DNA of 64,000 nucleotides, taken from positions 154,437-218,436 of the forward strand of contig JBFMAD010000006.1 of the NCBI GenBank assembly GCA_040755855.1, read 5' to 3'. A program made the position numbers and the translations under genes. Of this stretch, positions 28,901-37,789 are shown one piece after another (position 1 is the first letter of the stretch; each line of letters begins with the position of its first letter). The notes under the pieces are model-generated. The model had not been told where the DNA came from. It ran no database searches and was given only the letters and a program-made list of their open reading frames with translations. This DNA is from Planctomycetota bacterium (lineage in GTDB: Bacteria > Planctomycetota > Brocadiia > JAADGH01).

Positions 28901-29708
28901 ATAGATCAACGGCGGCCTTCGTGTCGCCATCCCGGGCGATCTTCGTCTCGTGCGATTCGACCTTTAGGTCCCGAACCGGGACCCCGGCATCGAGGATCAA
29001 CGACAGGCTGATGTCGTGCCCCGTGCGGAATCCCGGTTTCAGGACCGGAGGAGTGATGCGTGAGGCATCGGGAACGCGGTCGGTATCCGGCGCCCATCCG
29101 CCGGCTTGCTTGCCGGTGGGACTGCCGGGGATATAGCGGGGTCCGACGACCATGGGGAAATGGAACTCATAGACACCCATGTCGTACTTCAACACGTCCA
29201 CATAGGAGATCTCGATGCGGACCTCCTGCTTCGGTTTGATGTTGCCCACGGATTGGGTGAAAATGTTCGGTCGCTCCTGTTCGAGCAGGCTGGCCGTCAT
29301 GCCCTGGCGGAGGGCCTGCTCGTAGATGTAACGGGCTTCCTCGCGGCGCTTGATGACGCCGACGATCCGGCGGTCGCCGATGACCATCGTCATGTCGTCC
29401 ACCGCCGACTGGTGCGGCAGGGGGAAGACATATACCGCCTCGATCTTGTCGTCGAAGGGATTGTAAAAGACCTGCGTCACCTTGACGCGGGCGATGAAGC
29501 CGGAGATGTCGGCCTTTACGTCGGTGTGTTTCAATGGGCACTCGACGATCTTGCCGTCGCCGCGATCTACGCGGAGGGCGCCCTGGGTGACGTCTTCGTC
29601 CATGGCCTGGGCATTTTTCTGCGGTTCGGCCTGCTGGGCGATGGCATAGGGCGCGACAAAGAGAAGGACAAGGATCAATGACGCCGCGATAGCTCTGGAT
29701 CGTTCCAT
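25884..29708 (-). CDS. Secreted VIT + vWA domain protein with long C-terminal extension
   Basis: VIT (PLKHTDV..EAVYVFPLP), vWA MIDAS DVSGS, SDG, SQYTSFVAVDE. Confidence 0.9.
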   Translation of the reverse strand: MERSRAIAASLILVLLFVAPYAIAQQAEPQKNAQAMDEDVTQGALRVDRGDGKIVECPLKHTDVKADISGFIARVKVTQVFYNPFDDKIEAVYVFPLPHQSAVDDMTMVIGDRRIVGVIKRREEARYIYEQALRQGMTASLLEQERPNIFTQSVGNIKPKQEVRIEISYVDVLKYDMGVYEFHFPMVVGPRYIPGSPTGKQAGGWAPDTDRVPDASRITPPVLKPGFRTGHDISLSLILDAGVPVRDLKVESHETKIARDGDTKAAVDLSPKDSIPNKDFVLKYAVVGEKPEMAILTHRTKGDGYFMLMIQPRIDEELAKAPPREVCFLIDVSGSMHGQPTEKVKEAMRNFFELAKPDDRMQVITFAGHAQKLFDQPVPTTQDNIQKALNFTNAIDGRGGTEMLKGIKMVLNEPVDPQRVRIVVMLSDGYIGNEAEIIAEVGRRCGDSIRFWTVGIGSSPNRFLLDGVAKQGGGMSGVLALNEDATKLVREIVERIHRAQLANVRIDWARLPVYETYPVRIPELWAGRPVILYGRYEDAGKADITISGAAEGKPLRYTLPVEFPAQNPDHEVLTKVWARQKIEDLSAMAYYGDDPAVVEEITEIALQYRLMSQYTSFVAVDESEKGKIRERVQRPRSVMVPVPMPQGVSYEGVFGPIFGEDREEAKAEGMGGLLGRVGSGSRTKAKLAAPMTQPEPPPGKRVDLVTGFVDAGGMARPAAPMPGVSLKKSRGLMAFGKAAPAATAEALALAEVDERAAFRFDAQAPFLQEAATKQHEAAKKILADAEGLKKNGNLDEAVRRLQYAYLLERAFLAVNPWSDDGTGTKIMGELTDCLDKLTEERAKENPALAKTLDLVIQRRDVADALAEVSKAAGIEISIVHGSIEDATDLLLIPPRVVYMDLRGATTAQAIQWIVETCHMTWTVKDGKVIVGSARLLPGEAAWAYRVGDIANPMQDELPKDRKEVMKKYEEMLKNFLAVIQSVDPNAVLIGASDVVVFGDAAAQTKMASFLKALRDPSAPMPVEETDAVKSLRGVTAKRFASRKEGLAKQSQSLALRKVSNDLNEYAWPLLADAAVGKLNAEALAHLEEAFAAPQIPEIVKTNPICVFRTAWAIAEAAGALPKDAAVQRLAAEVREACGRNVNAIPEQVRSNLQNPFSFAAILYAALVTKDSALAQKVTDASVHPTYRVLAQALMGKGDVETFTTEIDKVPLQGNDLIALRALAAKRIGGEAWRTFRASARDLMGSQALDGNVVLLVSRLSSPTCRLDVARAAAE

Positions 29709-29765
29709 TTCTCTCCCTCCAGAAATTCCGGGAACACGCTCTGTTGTCTTCAGTTTACTACTTTC

Positions 29766-29793
29766 TTAGACATCCTTCGGAGAAAAAAGTTCC
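29766..29793 (-). promoter_or_regulatory. SigmaE/AlgU-type ECF promoter of VIT-vWA gene
   Basis: GAACTT-N16-TCTAA. Confidence 0.6.
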
Positions 29794-29833
29794 CGCAACG
29801 AGAGACTTTTTTGAGTTATTGGTGGGAGGGGTT

Positions 29834-29870
29834 AAAAAAACTGACCGCCACGGCTCGCCGTGGCGGTCAG
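29834..29870 (-). terminator. Strong intrinsic terminator
   Basis: CTGACCGCCACGGC/GCCGTGGCGGTCAG inverted repeat plus T7. Confidence 0.88.
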
Positions 29871-29956
29871 CGCTTACCCCGCCGGAGGACCCAGGAACGC
29901 TTCACCCATAATTTAATAACACCGAGCGGGGCTCACTAATTGTGCTGCCCTCTGAT
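29834..29956 (-). ncRNA. Candidate sigma54-dependent small RNA or leader
   Basis: Bounded by a -24/-12 motif and a strong terminator; no ORF with an RBS; 5' end estimated. Confidence 0.45.
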
Positions 29957-29966
29957 GGTATTCTCC

Positions 29967-29981
29967 GCAAGGTGTATGCCA
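29967..29981 (-). promoter_or_regulatory. Sigma54 (-24/-12) promoter
   Basis: TGGCAT-ACACC-TTGC. Confidence 0.65.
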
Positions 29982-30086
29982 AAAAACCGATTAAATCTCT
30001 TTCATTTATATTGCATTGCTGCAACAGGACTTACGACACACTTGTTTTTTCTTCGCCTCCCAGTGCATCCTGCAACGCTAAAAAAG

Positions 30087-30115
30087 TTGACACCCCTGAT
30101 ACAATTCTTTACAAT
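30087..30115 (+). promoter_or_regulatory. Sigma70-type promoter of GT4 gene
   Basis: TTGACA-N17-TACAAT. Confidence 0.65.
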
Positions 30116-30199
30116 TCTCGCAGAAAAACGGTTGCGTTGCGTCGTCCAAGCCGATATAACCGCACGATAAAGTCCTGATGTGAGAAGCGCTATTCCACA

Positions 30200-31387
30200 A
30201 TGAGAATCCTCATCCCCACACATTTCCCACTCGAAGGCTCCGGTAGCGGCATCTATGTCGCCAACCTCGCGGCCGAACTCCTCGCCGCCGGGCACTTCCC
30301 CCATGTCATCGCGCCCGACCACGCCCCTATCCGCGGCCGCGGCTTCCCCTGCACGACCATCCTCTGCGCCGGCGGCGGCGCACCATTGCCCGACCTCCCC
30401 TTCAACTTCCCCTGCTTCACCACCCACCCCCGCAGCGCGAATACCTTCTATGACCTGACGGACGAGCAGGTGGATGTCTACGTCCAGACCCTCCGCAATG
30501 CGATCAATCGGGCCGTCCGCGACTTCCAGCCCGATCTCATCCACGCACAGCACCTCTGGGTCGCGGCCGTGTGCGCGGCGGAGACCGCCCTGCCCTTCGT
30601 CGTCACATCCCACGGCACGGACCTCATCGGCCTCCGCAAGGACCCCCGCTTCCGCCCCATGGTCCAGAAGGCCGTCGGGCGCGTGGGCCGCATCATCGCC
30701 GTATCGTCCCAGGTGGCGCGGGACATCAAGGCCCTGCTCCCCGTCCCCGACCGAAAGATTGTGGTCATCGGCAACGGCTTCGATCCGGCAATCTTCCATC
30801 CGAATGGACTTGACCGGGAATCGGTCCTGCGTCGCGTAGGCATCGAGGAACCGCGTCGGCACATCGTAACGTTCGTCGGCAAGCTGACTCACTTCAAGGG
30901 CGCAGACGTGCTCATCCATGCGGCGGCGCACTATGAGCCGCGCGTGGACTCGGTCCTGACGCTGATCGTCGGCGATGGCGAGCTGCGCAGCGAGTTGGGG
31001 GACCTGGTTCGCCGCCACACGGCGCAGGGGATTCGGTTCCTGGGCCATCGGCCGCAGTCGGACGTGGCGGACCTCATGCGCATCGCCAACGTGCATGCCA
31101 TGCCCTCGCGGGGGGAGCCCTTCGGCATCGCTGCGCTGGAGGCCCTGGCCTGCGGCACGCCGGTGGTGGGGACGCGGGCGGGCGGCCTGCCCGACTTCAT
31201 CACGCCGGAGGTCGGGTCGCTGGCGGAGGTGGACAATCCCATCGCCCTGGCCAACCTGATCGTGCGGGAGCTGAAGAGCGGCAGCAAGCGGACCAAGGGC
31301 CCCGCCGCCGCGCGCTATGCCCTGGACGGCTTCACCTGGGAGAGGCAGGTGGCCAAGATCGCGGTGGTGTATGAGCAGGTGGTATAG
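30200..31387 (+). CDS. Glycosyltransferase family 4
   Basis: GSGIY, HGTD, FVGKL..FKG, EPFGIAALEA..G.PVV. Confidence 0.93.
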   Translation: MRILIPTHFPLEGSGSGIYVANLAAELLAAGHFPHVIAPDHAPIRGRGFPCTTILCAGGGAPLPDLPFNFPCFTTHPRSANTFYDLTDEQVDVYVQTLRNAINRAVRDFQPDLIHAQHLWVAAVCAAETALPFVVTSHGTDLIGLRKDPRFRPMVQKAVGRVGRIIAVSSQVARDIKALLPVPDRKIVVIGNGFDPAIFHPNGLDRESVLRRVGIEEPRRHIVTFVGKLTHFKGADVLIHAAAHYEPRVDSVLTLIVGDGELRSELGDLVRRHTAQGIRFLGHRPQSDVADLMRIANVHAMPSRGEPFGIAALEALACGTPVVGTRAGGLPDFITPEVGSLAEVDNPIALANLIVRELKSGSKRTKGPAAARYALDGFTWERQVAKIAVVYEQVV

Positions 31388-31604
31388 ACCCGACCCAGCA
31401 TTTTTTCCTCCGTGAACTTCGTGGTGGACTCCCACATGCCATCACGTGCTCTGCGAAAATTTCTTGTTAGCCAAGCGTATATTGTTCCGCAAAATGACCC
31501 TTTTCCCATACGCTTGCACATGTGCGCACGGCTCGCTTTCGGTCATGAACATTGGCATAACATATGTCACGACAGGGGGATCGGACTCTCTGTCTCCGCG
31601 ATTC

Positions 31605-31652
31605 TGCGATTAGTAACCAACCGTATGGCCATACGCTTGGCTACTAATCGCA
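31605..31652. repeat. 48-bp near-perfect palindrome with dispersed half-site copies
   Basis: TGCGATTAGTAACCAACCGTATGG|CCATACGCTTGGCTACTAATCGCA (22/24); partial copies near 31467, 31506, 31709. Confidence 0.8.
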
Positions 31653-31818
31653 AAACCACCTTTTCCGGCCCGAATTCGGCCAGAAACGGCTTTTTGGCCC
31701 AAATTCACTTAGTAGCCAACCGTATGTCTCCTCGTAAACGCGCCCCAGAAGCCGTCTGGACGCATTTCGCCATGCGGTTAACGAGGTAAATCGCTTTAAC
31801 GGCCACGAAACGGCCAAA

Positions 31819-31929
31819 TGGAGTGTTGGAGGGGTGGAAGATTGGAATGTTGGAGTATTGGGGTATTGGGTGTCTTTTCATTCTTCGTTACTCCATCACT
31901 CCATTCCCCCATCACTCCAATACTCCACC
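31819..31929. repeat. Inverted tandem 8-mer repeat tract
   Basis: TGGAGTAT-like units followed by CTCCATCA/CTCCAATA-like units. Confidence 0.75.
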
Positions 31930-31993
31930 ATTTCAACCAACCTCCGCTCTGCCTGATTCCATATCTCATTATTAGATCGGGACTTACGCCCCA

Positions 31994-32108
31994 GGTGTCC
32001 ACGAAGTTGACAGTTCTCATCGGCTAAAGTGGTCATATCAGTGCGGTCGGGCTTGGGGGCTTGGGTGTCCACGAAGTTGACAGGTGGGGGTGTCCACGTC
32101 GTGGACAG
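31994..32108. repeat. 20-bp direct repeats
   Basis: GGTGTCCACGAAGTTGACAG at 31994 and 32064; variant GGTGTCCACGTCGTGGACAG at 32089. Confidence 0.8.
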
Positions 32109-32295
32109 TCTGTGTGTACGCACAAGTGCGCAGTGCGGATTGCGGAGTGAGGAGCGATGGAGTATGGGTATGTGGGCGTGTGGGAGCATGGGGATGCGGC
32201 AGTGCTGGAACATCTCGTCGGCAGAAAAAGAAAAATGCTGCGTACATTTTTCGGGGATTTACCGCATCCGGGCCACCGACATGGAAAAAACGGCT

Positions 32296-32318
32296 GTAGG
32301 GTGGGCCTCTGGCCCACC
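32296..32318 (+). repeat. GTAG-type REP-like hairpin
   Basis: GTAG-GGTGGGC-CTCTG-GCCCACC. Confidence 0.55.
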
Positions 32319-32324
32319 AAAACG

Positions 32325-35300
32325 CTATAAATCAATCTCCTTCTGCCCCGTCTTCTTCCGCCGCTTGCCCTTCGACCCTTTCCGTGCCTTGCCCGAGACA
32401 TCACGATCTGGCGTAGGGCTTGGCCCCCTATCTTGGCTCCCCTCCACAATTGCAATCTCCTCCTCCGTCAGCCCGTAGAGATCATAGACGAGGCGATCAA
32501 TCCCGCTGTCGAGTTCGTTGCATGTGCGCTCGTAGTAGGCCTTGTCGCTGTCGGTTTTGGCCTTCGCCAACCGCTTCTTCGCTTCCATTATCTGGCCCAC
32601 CTTTGCAACTATCTTACCATGCGCAGACTTGTCCTTGGTCTCGGAGAAGTTAATCGGGCGGAATGGAAGTCGTGAAAGGAACTGGCGATTGGCGGACATC
32701 CAGCCCCCGCGGAACGGAGCACTGATAAAGGGAAAATACCATGCCAGCAGCCGGGAGTTCAGCAGCGCGAGCAGGTAGGCGAAACCTTGATCTCGGTACG
32801 CCGGCTTCAATGTAACGCCGCCGACATCCACATTGTCCAGGAAATGATCGCCACCCGCATCCCACGCGGCATGGAGCCGACTCACCAGACGGGGGACGCA
32901 GAGCTTGACCCGGGACTGGATGCCCAAGTTCTGGTTTCGGCCAAAGCGATACCATTCGCGATCATTGAATTGACCATGTTCCCGTTCGGCCAGTCGCATC
33001 TTGTTTTTCAGCAAGTATGCGGCTGTCTTTGGATACCGTTTCTCTATGGCGTCGAAATCCAGAAGCTCGGCCCGTTCATTGGAGACGCGGTATGGGAAGA
33101 TGATGTATTGACGCCGCGGCAATTCGCCGTAGCCGAGCACGTCGGTCCCGCTGACCAGAGGATGAAGCAGTCCCTTCTCCAGCGTGCGTTCCGCGCCGAG
33201 TATCTTGGAGCGCAGCCGGAGCGTGCGGCGCTTCTCATCCACCGCATCAAGTATGAAGACATCATCGGCGCTGGTCTGAAGTCCAACGAAGATGTCCGCC
33301 ACGTCGCCAAGTTTTAGCGGCGTCTTGCGGAGGCGTTCGCAGAGCAAGGCATGCCGGCCAACAGTAAAACCCCATTCTGTGCCGGTAAACTCATGGGCCG
33401 CGACGGTGCCTTCCTCAGCACCGTTGCCTTTCTGCCACGCATCCAAGTCGGTGACCTTGACGTACCGGCACGTGCCAGCTCCCCCTTTGTCCAGGAACAA
33501 TAGGCACGTGTACGTTGTCGCGCCCTCAAAGATTTGTTGGGCCCCAAAGTGAACGATATGAGAGACGTGCTGTCCTTGTGACAGTAGCTGGCGAAGCGGC
33601 CAGCCGTACTGCGAGTTGAAGAACTTGTGTGGCAGGATGTACCCGAGTTTGCCGCGGGGATTCAGCAAAGACAGGGCCCGTTCCACGAACACGACATAAA
33701 TGTCGTAGTTGCCTTTGCTGGCAGCCCCGTAGTGACTGCTCAAGTACTCCACCGAAACTGGTGAGGTCTTCTGTAGGATTTGGATCCGGATGTACGGGGG
33801 ATTGCCGATTATGGCGTCGAAGCCGCCGCGCTTCATGGCATCGGGAAATGCATACTGGAAATTCATGGGATTGAGTTTGCGCTCATCGTGGTTGGCGAAT
33901 TCGAACTTGCCGTTGAGAATGTCCCTCCCGATGAGCGAGTTGCCGCAGATGATGTTCCTGCTGAGGTCGGGCAGCAGCCTTTTCATGTCCGCGACGTGCT
34001 GGAACTCAAGCAGGTACTGCTGCGCGGTCGCTTCCGTCTCTTCCTCAAGCAGTCTCAGGTAGAGGGATAGCTGACAGACTTCGACCGCCTGGGCGTCAAT
34101 GTCCACGCCATAGATGTTGTTGAGCAGGATTTCGCGTCTCTTGGCAAGCGAGGGATAGAGCTTACCGTCGCGCTCGATGCAGTCGCCTTCGCGGGCCTTG
34201 TCCGGATGGTCGTTGTAGTATTGGCCGTGGTACTTGAGCAACCGGTCGAACGCCCCGAGGAGAAACGAGCCGCTGCCACAGGCGATGTCGGCAAAGCGCA
34301 TCTCGGCGATCTCCTCCGGGGTCTTGCCGTCAATGAGTTTGCCGATGGTGTTTTCGACGATGTAACGGACGATGTACTCGGGGGTGTAATAGACGCCGCC
34401 GGCCTTGCGGACCTCGGGTTTTTCCTCCACCCTGACCCGCTTGGGTGTGGCGACGATGACCTTGCCGAGGAAGCGCTCATAGATTGATCCGAGGATGTGG
34501 ATCGGGATGGCGTTGAAGTCGTAGGGAGATTCGGCATGTGCGAGGCTATTGCAGATGTCCGCGAAGGCGTCCTCGTCCACATGAAAGCTGTTGCTGTCCA
34601 GGATATCGTGCTCCCTATACACGATGCCGTTGTAGATGCCGTCCAGGCGACGGCTCGCCGCAATGAAGTCTTCCCATGGAGCACCTTTTCCGGCGAACTT
34701 TTGCACGCGGCGCGACGGTTCGATGCCCTTGTCTTCGAGAAAACGGAGGAAAACGAGCCGGTCCAGGGTGCGCTGGGTGAGTTCGGTCAGTGTTTCGCTG
34801 TCGAGCTTTGGGTTACGCTTCTTGAAGCTCTGGGCGAGTTCCGCGCGGTATCCGTCGAGTTCGGCAAGGAAGGATTCGTCAATGCTCTGATAGCCGCCTG
34901 GGAACATCCCGCGTTGCCTCGCTTTGCCCCGGGGCTTAGGGAGTTCCTTGGCAAACTTCTCCAGCGACCCGGTATCGACGGCCTCATGGGAGAAAAGCCA
35001 GTAGATTTTCGCGAACTTCTCGCGGTCGGCGTAGTCGCTGTAGTGGTAGGTGTCAACGGCTCGGTTGAGCACGTTGTCAATATCGGGTTTATAACGGCAA
35101 TCAAGGACGTGGAACTGCTCGAAATCGGTGAGGACGGCGAGCGGGGTTTCGCTATTCCATCCGTAGCGGATCAATTGAAAGTAGTTCTCCTTCGTTGCGA
35201 TTTCAACCGAAGGTTTCTTCGCCTCGACGAAGAAGCGGACGTCGTGAAAATTGGGCGCAAGATAGAAGGCGTAGTCTGCCCGGCGCTGTGCTGCACCGAT

Positions 35301-35513
35301 TGCGACGCCTCGCTCGACCTTGACTTCCTGCTCGTAGGGGTTGGTCTGTTGCTCGTAGTTCACGTCCCAGCCGAGGGCGATCCAGAACTTGTCAATAAAC
35401 TCCTTCCGTGCGTGGGCTTCTGCGTAGTGGGCGGATTTGTAGTGGCGCTCGTTCTGCTTAAACGATTTAACGAGGTCGCGAATTTGCTTGAAAGCTGTGT
35501 CAAAGGCGGACAT
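32325..35513 (-). CDS. Type IIG/Eco57I-like fused restriction endonuclease-adenine methyltransferase
   Basis: N-terminal RADY...FFVEAKKP nuclease motif, GGVYYTP, DIACGSGSF, GNPPY, C-terminal TaqI_C-like TRD. Confidence 0.9.
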   Translation of the reverse strand: MSAFDTAFKQIRDLVKSFKQNERHYKSAHYAEAHARKEFIDKFWIALGWDVNYEQQTNPYEQEVKVERGVAIGAAQRRADYAFYLAPNFHDVRFFVEAKKPSVEIATKENYFQLIRYGWNSETPLAVLTDFEQFHVLDCRYKPDIDNVLNRAVDTYHYSDYADREKFAKIYWLFSHEAVDTGSLEKFAKELPKPRGKARQRGMFPGGYQSIDESFLAELDGYRAELAQSFKKRNPKLDSETLTELTQRTLDRLVFLRFLEDKGIEPSRRVQKFAGKGAPWEDFIAASRRLDGIYNGIVYREHDILDSNSFHVDEDAFADICNSLAHAESPYDFNAIPIHILGSIYERFLGKVIVATPKRVRVEEKPEVRKAGGVYYTPEYIVRYIVENTIGKLIDGKTPEEIAEMRFADIACGSGSFLLGAFDRLLKYHGQYYNDHPDKAREGDCIERDGKLYPSLAKRREILLNNIYGVDIDAQAVEVCQLSLYLRLLEEETEATAQQYLLEFQHVADMKRLLPDLSRNIICGNSLIGRDILNGKFEFANHDERKLNPMNFQYAFPDAMKRGGFDAIIGNPPYIRIQILQKTSPVSVEYLSSHYGAASKGNYDIYVVFVERALSLLNPRGKLGYILPHKFFNSQYGWPLRQLLSQGQHVSHIVHFGAQQIFEGATTYTCLLFLDKGGAGTCRYVKVTDLDAWQKGNGAEEGTVAAHEFTGTEWGFTVGRHALLCERLRKTPLKLGDVADIFVGLQTSADDVFILDAVDEKRRTLRLRSKILGAERTLEKGLLHPLVSGTDVLGYGELPRRQYIIFPYRVSNERAELLDFDAIEKRYPKTAAYLLKNKMRLAEREHGQFNDREWYRFGRNQNLGIQSRVKLCVPRLVSRLHAAWDAGGDHFLDNVDVGGVTLKPAYRDQGFAYLLALLNSRLLAWYFPFISAPFRGGWMSANRQFLSRLPFRPINFSETKDKSAHGKIVAKVGQIMEAKKRLAKAKTDSDKAYYERTCNELDSGIDRLVYDLYGLTEEEIAIVEGSQDRGPSPTPDRDVSGKARKGSKGKRRKKTGQKEIDL

Positions 35514-35601
35514 ATGTGTGTGCATCCCTTGCCTTCTTCCTCCTCTTGAACCCGATCAAGTCCCGTTTTTCCTCCGCGTCTTTGCGCCTCTGCGTGAGAT
35601 C

Positions 35602-36705
35602 CTACAGCTTCAGCTCATGGCATTTCATGCGGAAGGTGTCGGCGACGGCTTTGTAGGTGATCTTGCCGTCGGCGACGTTGACGCCGCGGAGGATGGCGGG
35701 GTTGTCCTTCGCCGCCTTCTGCCATCCCTTGTTTGCGATCTGGATGGCATAGGGGAGCGTGACGTTCGTCAGGGCGTAGGTGGACGTTCGACCCACCGCG
35801 CCGGGCATGTTCGTCACGCAGTAGTGCAGGACCTTGTGGACCTTATACGTCGGCTTCCGGTGCGTGGTGGGCCGGCTGGTCTCGATGCAGCCGCCCTGGT
35901 CAATGGCCACGTCCACGATCACGGCGCCGGGTTTCATCGTCCCGACCATCTCCTTAGTCACGAGCCGCGGGGCCCGCGCGCCGACGACGAGGACCGCGCC
36001 GATGAGGAGGTCCGCCTCGGCCACCTTTGCGCGGAGGTTCTCGGCGTTGGACATGAGGGTGATGACGTTCTTCGGGAGGATGTCGTCGAGGTAGCGGAGC
36101 CGATCCAGGTTCACGTCCAGGATGATGACCCGCGCGCCAAGCCCCGCCGCCACCTTCGCGGCATTGGTGCCGACGACGCCACCGCCGATGATGACGACCT
36201 CCGCCGGGGCGACGCCGGGCACGCCGCCGAGGAGGATGCCGCGCCCTTCCATCGGGCGTTCGAGGTATTTCGCGCCCTCCTGGATGGCCATGCGTCCGGC
36301 GACCTCGCTCATGGGGGTGAGGAGGGGATGGGTGCCGTCGTCGAGGCTGATGGTCTCATAGGCGATGGCGGTGATGCCCGTTTTCATCATGGCCTTCGTG
36401 AGCGGGCGCGAGGCGGCGAAGTGGAAGTAGGTAAAGACGGTCTGGTCCTTCCGGAGCAGGCGATATTCCGGCGGCAACGGCTCCTTGACCTTGACGATCA
36501 TTTCGGCCTTCTTATAGACCTCCTTGGCGGAGGCGATCTTTGCCCCGGCTTTCTTGTATTCCGCGTCTGCGATGCCGCTTCCCTCACCGGCTCGGGTCTC
36601 GACGAGGACCTTGTGCCCGGCCTTGCGCATCTCCTCGACGCCGACGGGGATCATGGCCACGCGGTATTCGTCCTGCTTGATCTCTTTCGGGACACCGATA
36701 ATCAT
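35602..36705 (-). CDS. ald: Alanine dehydrogenase
   Basis: [44 protein letters not shown]. Confidence 0.96.
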   Translation of the reverse strand: MIIGVPKEIKQDEYRVAMIPVGVEEMRKAGHKVLVETRAGEGSGIADAEYKKAGAKIASAKEVYKKAEMIVKVKEPLPPEYRLLRKDQTVFTYFHFAASRPLTKAMMKTGITAIAYETISLDDGTHPLLTPMSEVAGRMAIQEGAKYLERPMEGRGILLGGVPGVAPAEVVIIGGGVVGTNAAKVAAGLGARVIILDVNLDRLRYLDDILPKNVITLMSNAENLRAKVAEADLLIGAVLVVGARAPRLVTKEMVGTMKPGAVIVDVAIDQGGCIETSRPTTHRKPTYKVHKVLHYCVTNMPGAVGRTSTYALTNVTLPYAIQIANKGWQKAAKDNPAILRGVNVADGKITYKAVADTFRMKCHELKL

Positions 36706-36718
36706 CCGCACACCCTCC

Positions 36719-37789
36719 CTATGGTTCGTCTTGTTTCCGCTTTGGGACGTAAACGCAACAGGTTTCTTCCGCCAGGTAATCGCCGGTCTTCGCGTGCGCC
36801 CTTGCGCGGCATCCGCCGCAGACAGCCTTGTATTCGCACATGCCGCACTTGCCCTTGTAGGCGGACAGGTCGCGAAGGTCGTGGAAGATTTTAGACTCTC
36901 GCCAGGCTGTACTCAAGCCCTCTTTTCGCACATTTCCGCAGTCGAGCTCGAGGTAGCCGCAGGGCTGGATTCGGCCGGAATGGGATATGAAGCAGAAGGA
37001 CTTCCCGCCGAGGCAGCCGCGCGTGACGGCGTCGAGGCCGTGGGTCTCCATCGTGACCTTGCGGCCCTCGGCCCTGGCGCGCTGGCGGAGGATGCGGTAG
37101 TACTGGGGCGCGCAGGTGACCTTGATCTGGAGGGGGACCTTCTGGTCGTAGATCCAGTTGAGCGTCTCCTCGTATTTTTCGGCGGAGATTTCGACGCCCT
37201 TCAGGTTCTCGCCCCGGCCCACGGGGACGAGCATAAAGATGTGATGGGCGACCGCCCCGAGTTCGACGGCAAGGCGCAGCAGCCCGGGCAGTTGGTCGAG
37301 GTTCTGCATCGTGAGTGAACTGTTGATCTGGAATTCGAGACCCGCCTCCTTCGCGGCCTCGATGCCGTGCATGGAGCCTTCGAATGCGCCGGGCATCCGG
37401 CGGAACTTGTCGTGGACCTTGGCATCGCAGCCGTCGAGGCTGACGCTGATCCGCTTGATGCCGGCCTTGACGCAACGGCGGGCGATGGGGGCGTCGAGGA
37501 GCGTGCCGTTGGTGGCCATGACCATGCGGAGGCCGTTCTGCGTCCCGTAGGAGGCGATGTTGAAGACGTCGCTGCGAAGCAGAGGTTCGCCGCCGGTGAG
37601 GATGACGATGGGCCGGGCGAAGGAGATGATGTCGTTGATGACGGCGTAACATTCCTCGGTGGTCAGTTCGTCGGGCGACGGCGCATCGCACGCCGCGGCG
37701 CGGCAGTGGATGCACCGGAGGTTACAGGCGCTCGTCAGCTCCCATGCAACGAGGCGGAGTTCGTCCTTTGCCGATGCCCTTTCCTTCAC
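36719..37789 (-). CDS. ahbD: Radical SAM/SPASM heme synthase AhbD-like
   Basis: [43 protein letters not shown] cysteines; GTG start overlapping EamA stop. Confidence 0.8.
   Translation of the reverse strand: MKERASAKDELRLVAWELTSACNLRCIHCRAAACDAPSPDELTTEECYAVINDIISFARPIVILTGGEPLLRSDVFNIASYGTQNGLRMVMATNGTLLDAPIARRCVKAGIKRISVSLDGCDAKVHDKFRRMPGAFEGSMHGIEAAKEAGLEFQINSSLTMQNLDQLPGLLRLAVELGAVAHHIFMLVPVGRGENLKGVEISAEKYEETLNWIYDQKVPLQIKVTCAPQYYRILRQRARAEGRKVTMETHGLDAVTRGCLGGKSFCFISHSGRIQPCGYLELDCGNVRKEGLSTAWRESKIFHDLRDLSAYKGKCGMCEYKAVCGGCRARAHAKTGDYLAEETCCVYVPKRKQDEP

Noticed and set aside
29874..29909. 11-aa ORF MGEAFLGPPAG as a leader peptide
   Set aside because: No Shine-Dalgarno and no regulatory codon cluster; kept only as part of the sRNA candidate.
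31553..31567. Sigma54-like TGGCAT-N5-ATGT
   Set aside because: Lacks the -12 GC and has no downstream gene.
31994..32108. Possible mini CRISPR array
   Set aside because: Repeats are only 20 bp, spacers are 50 and 5 bp, and there are no cas genes.
31412..32478. Several short ORFs in the repeat-rich gap
   Set aside because: Translations mirror the DNA repeats; no RBS or protein-like composition.
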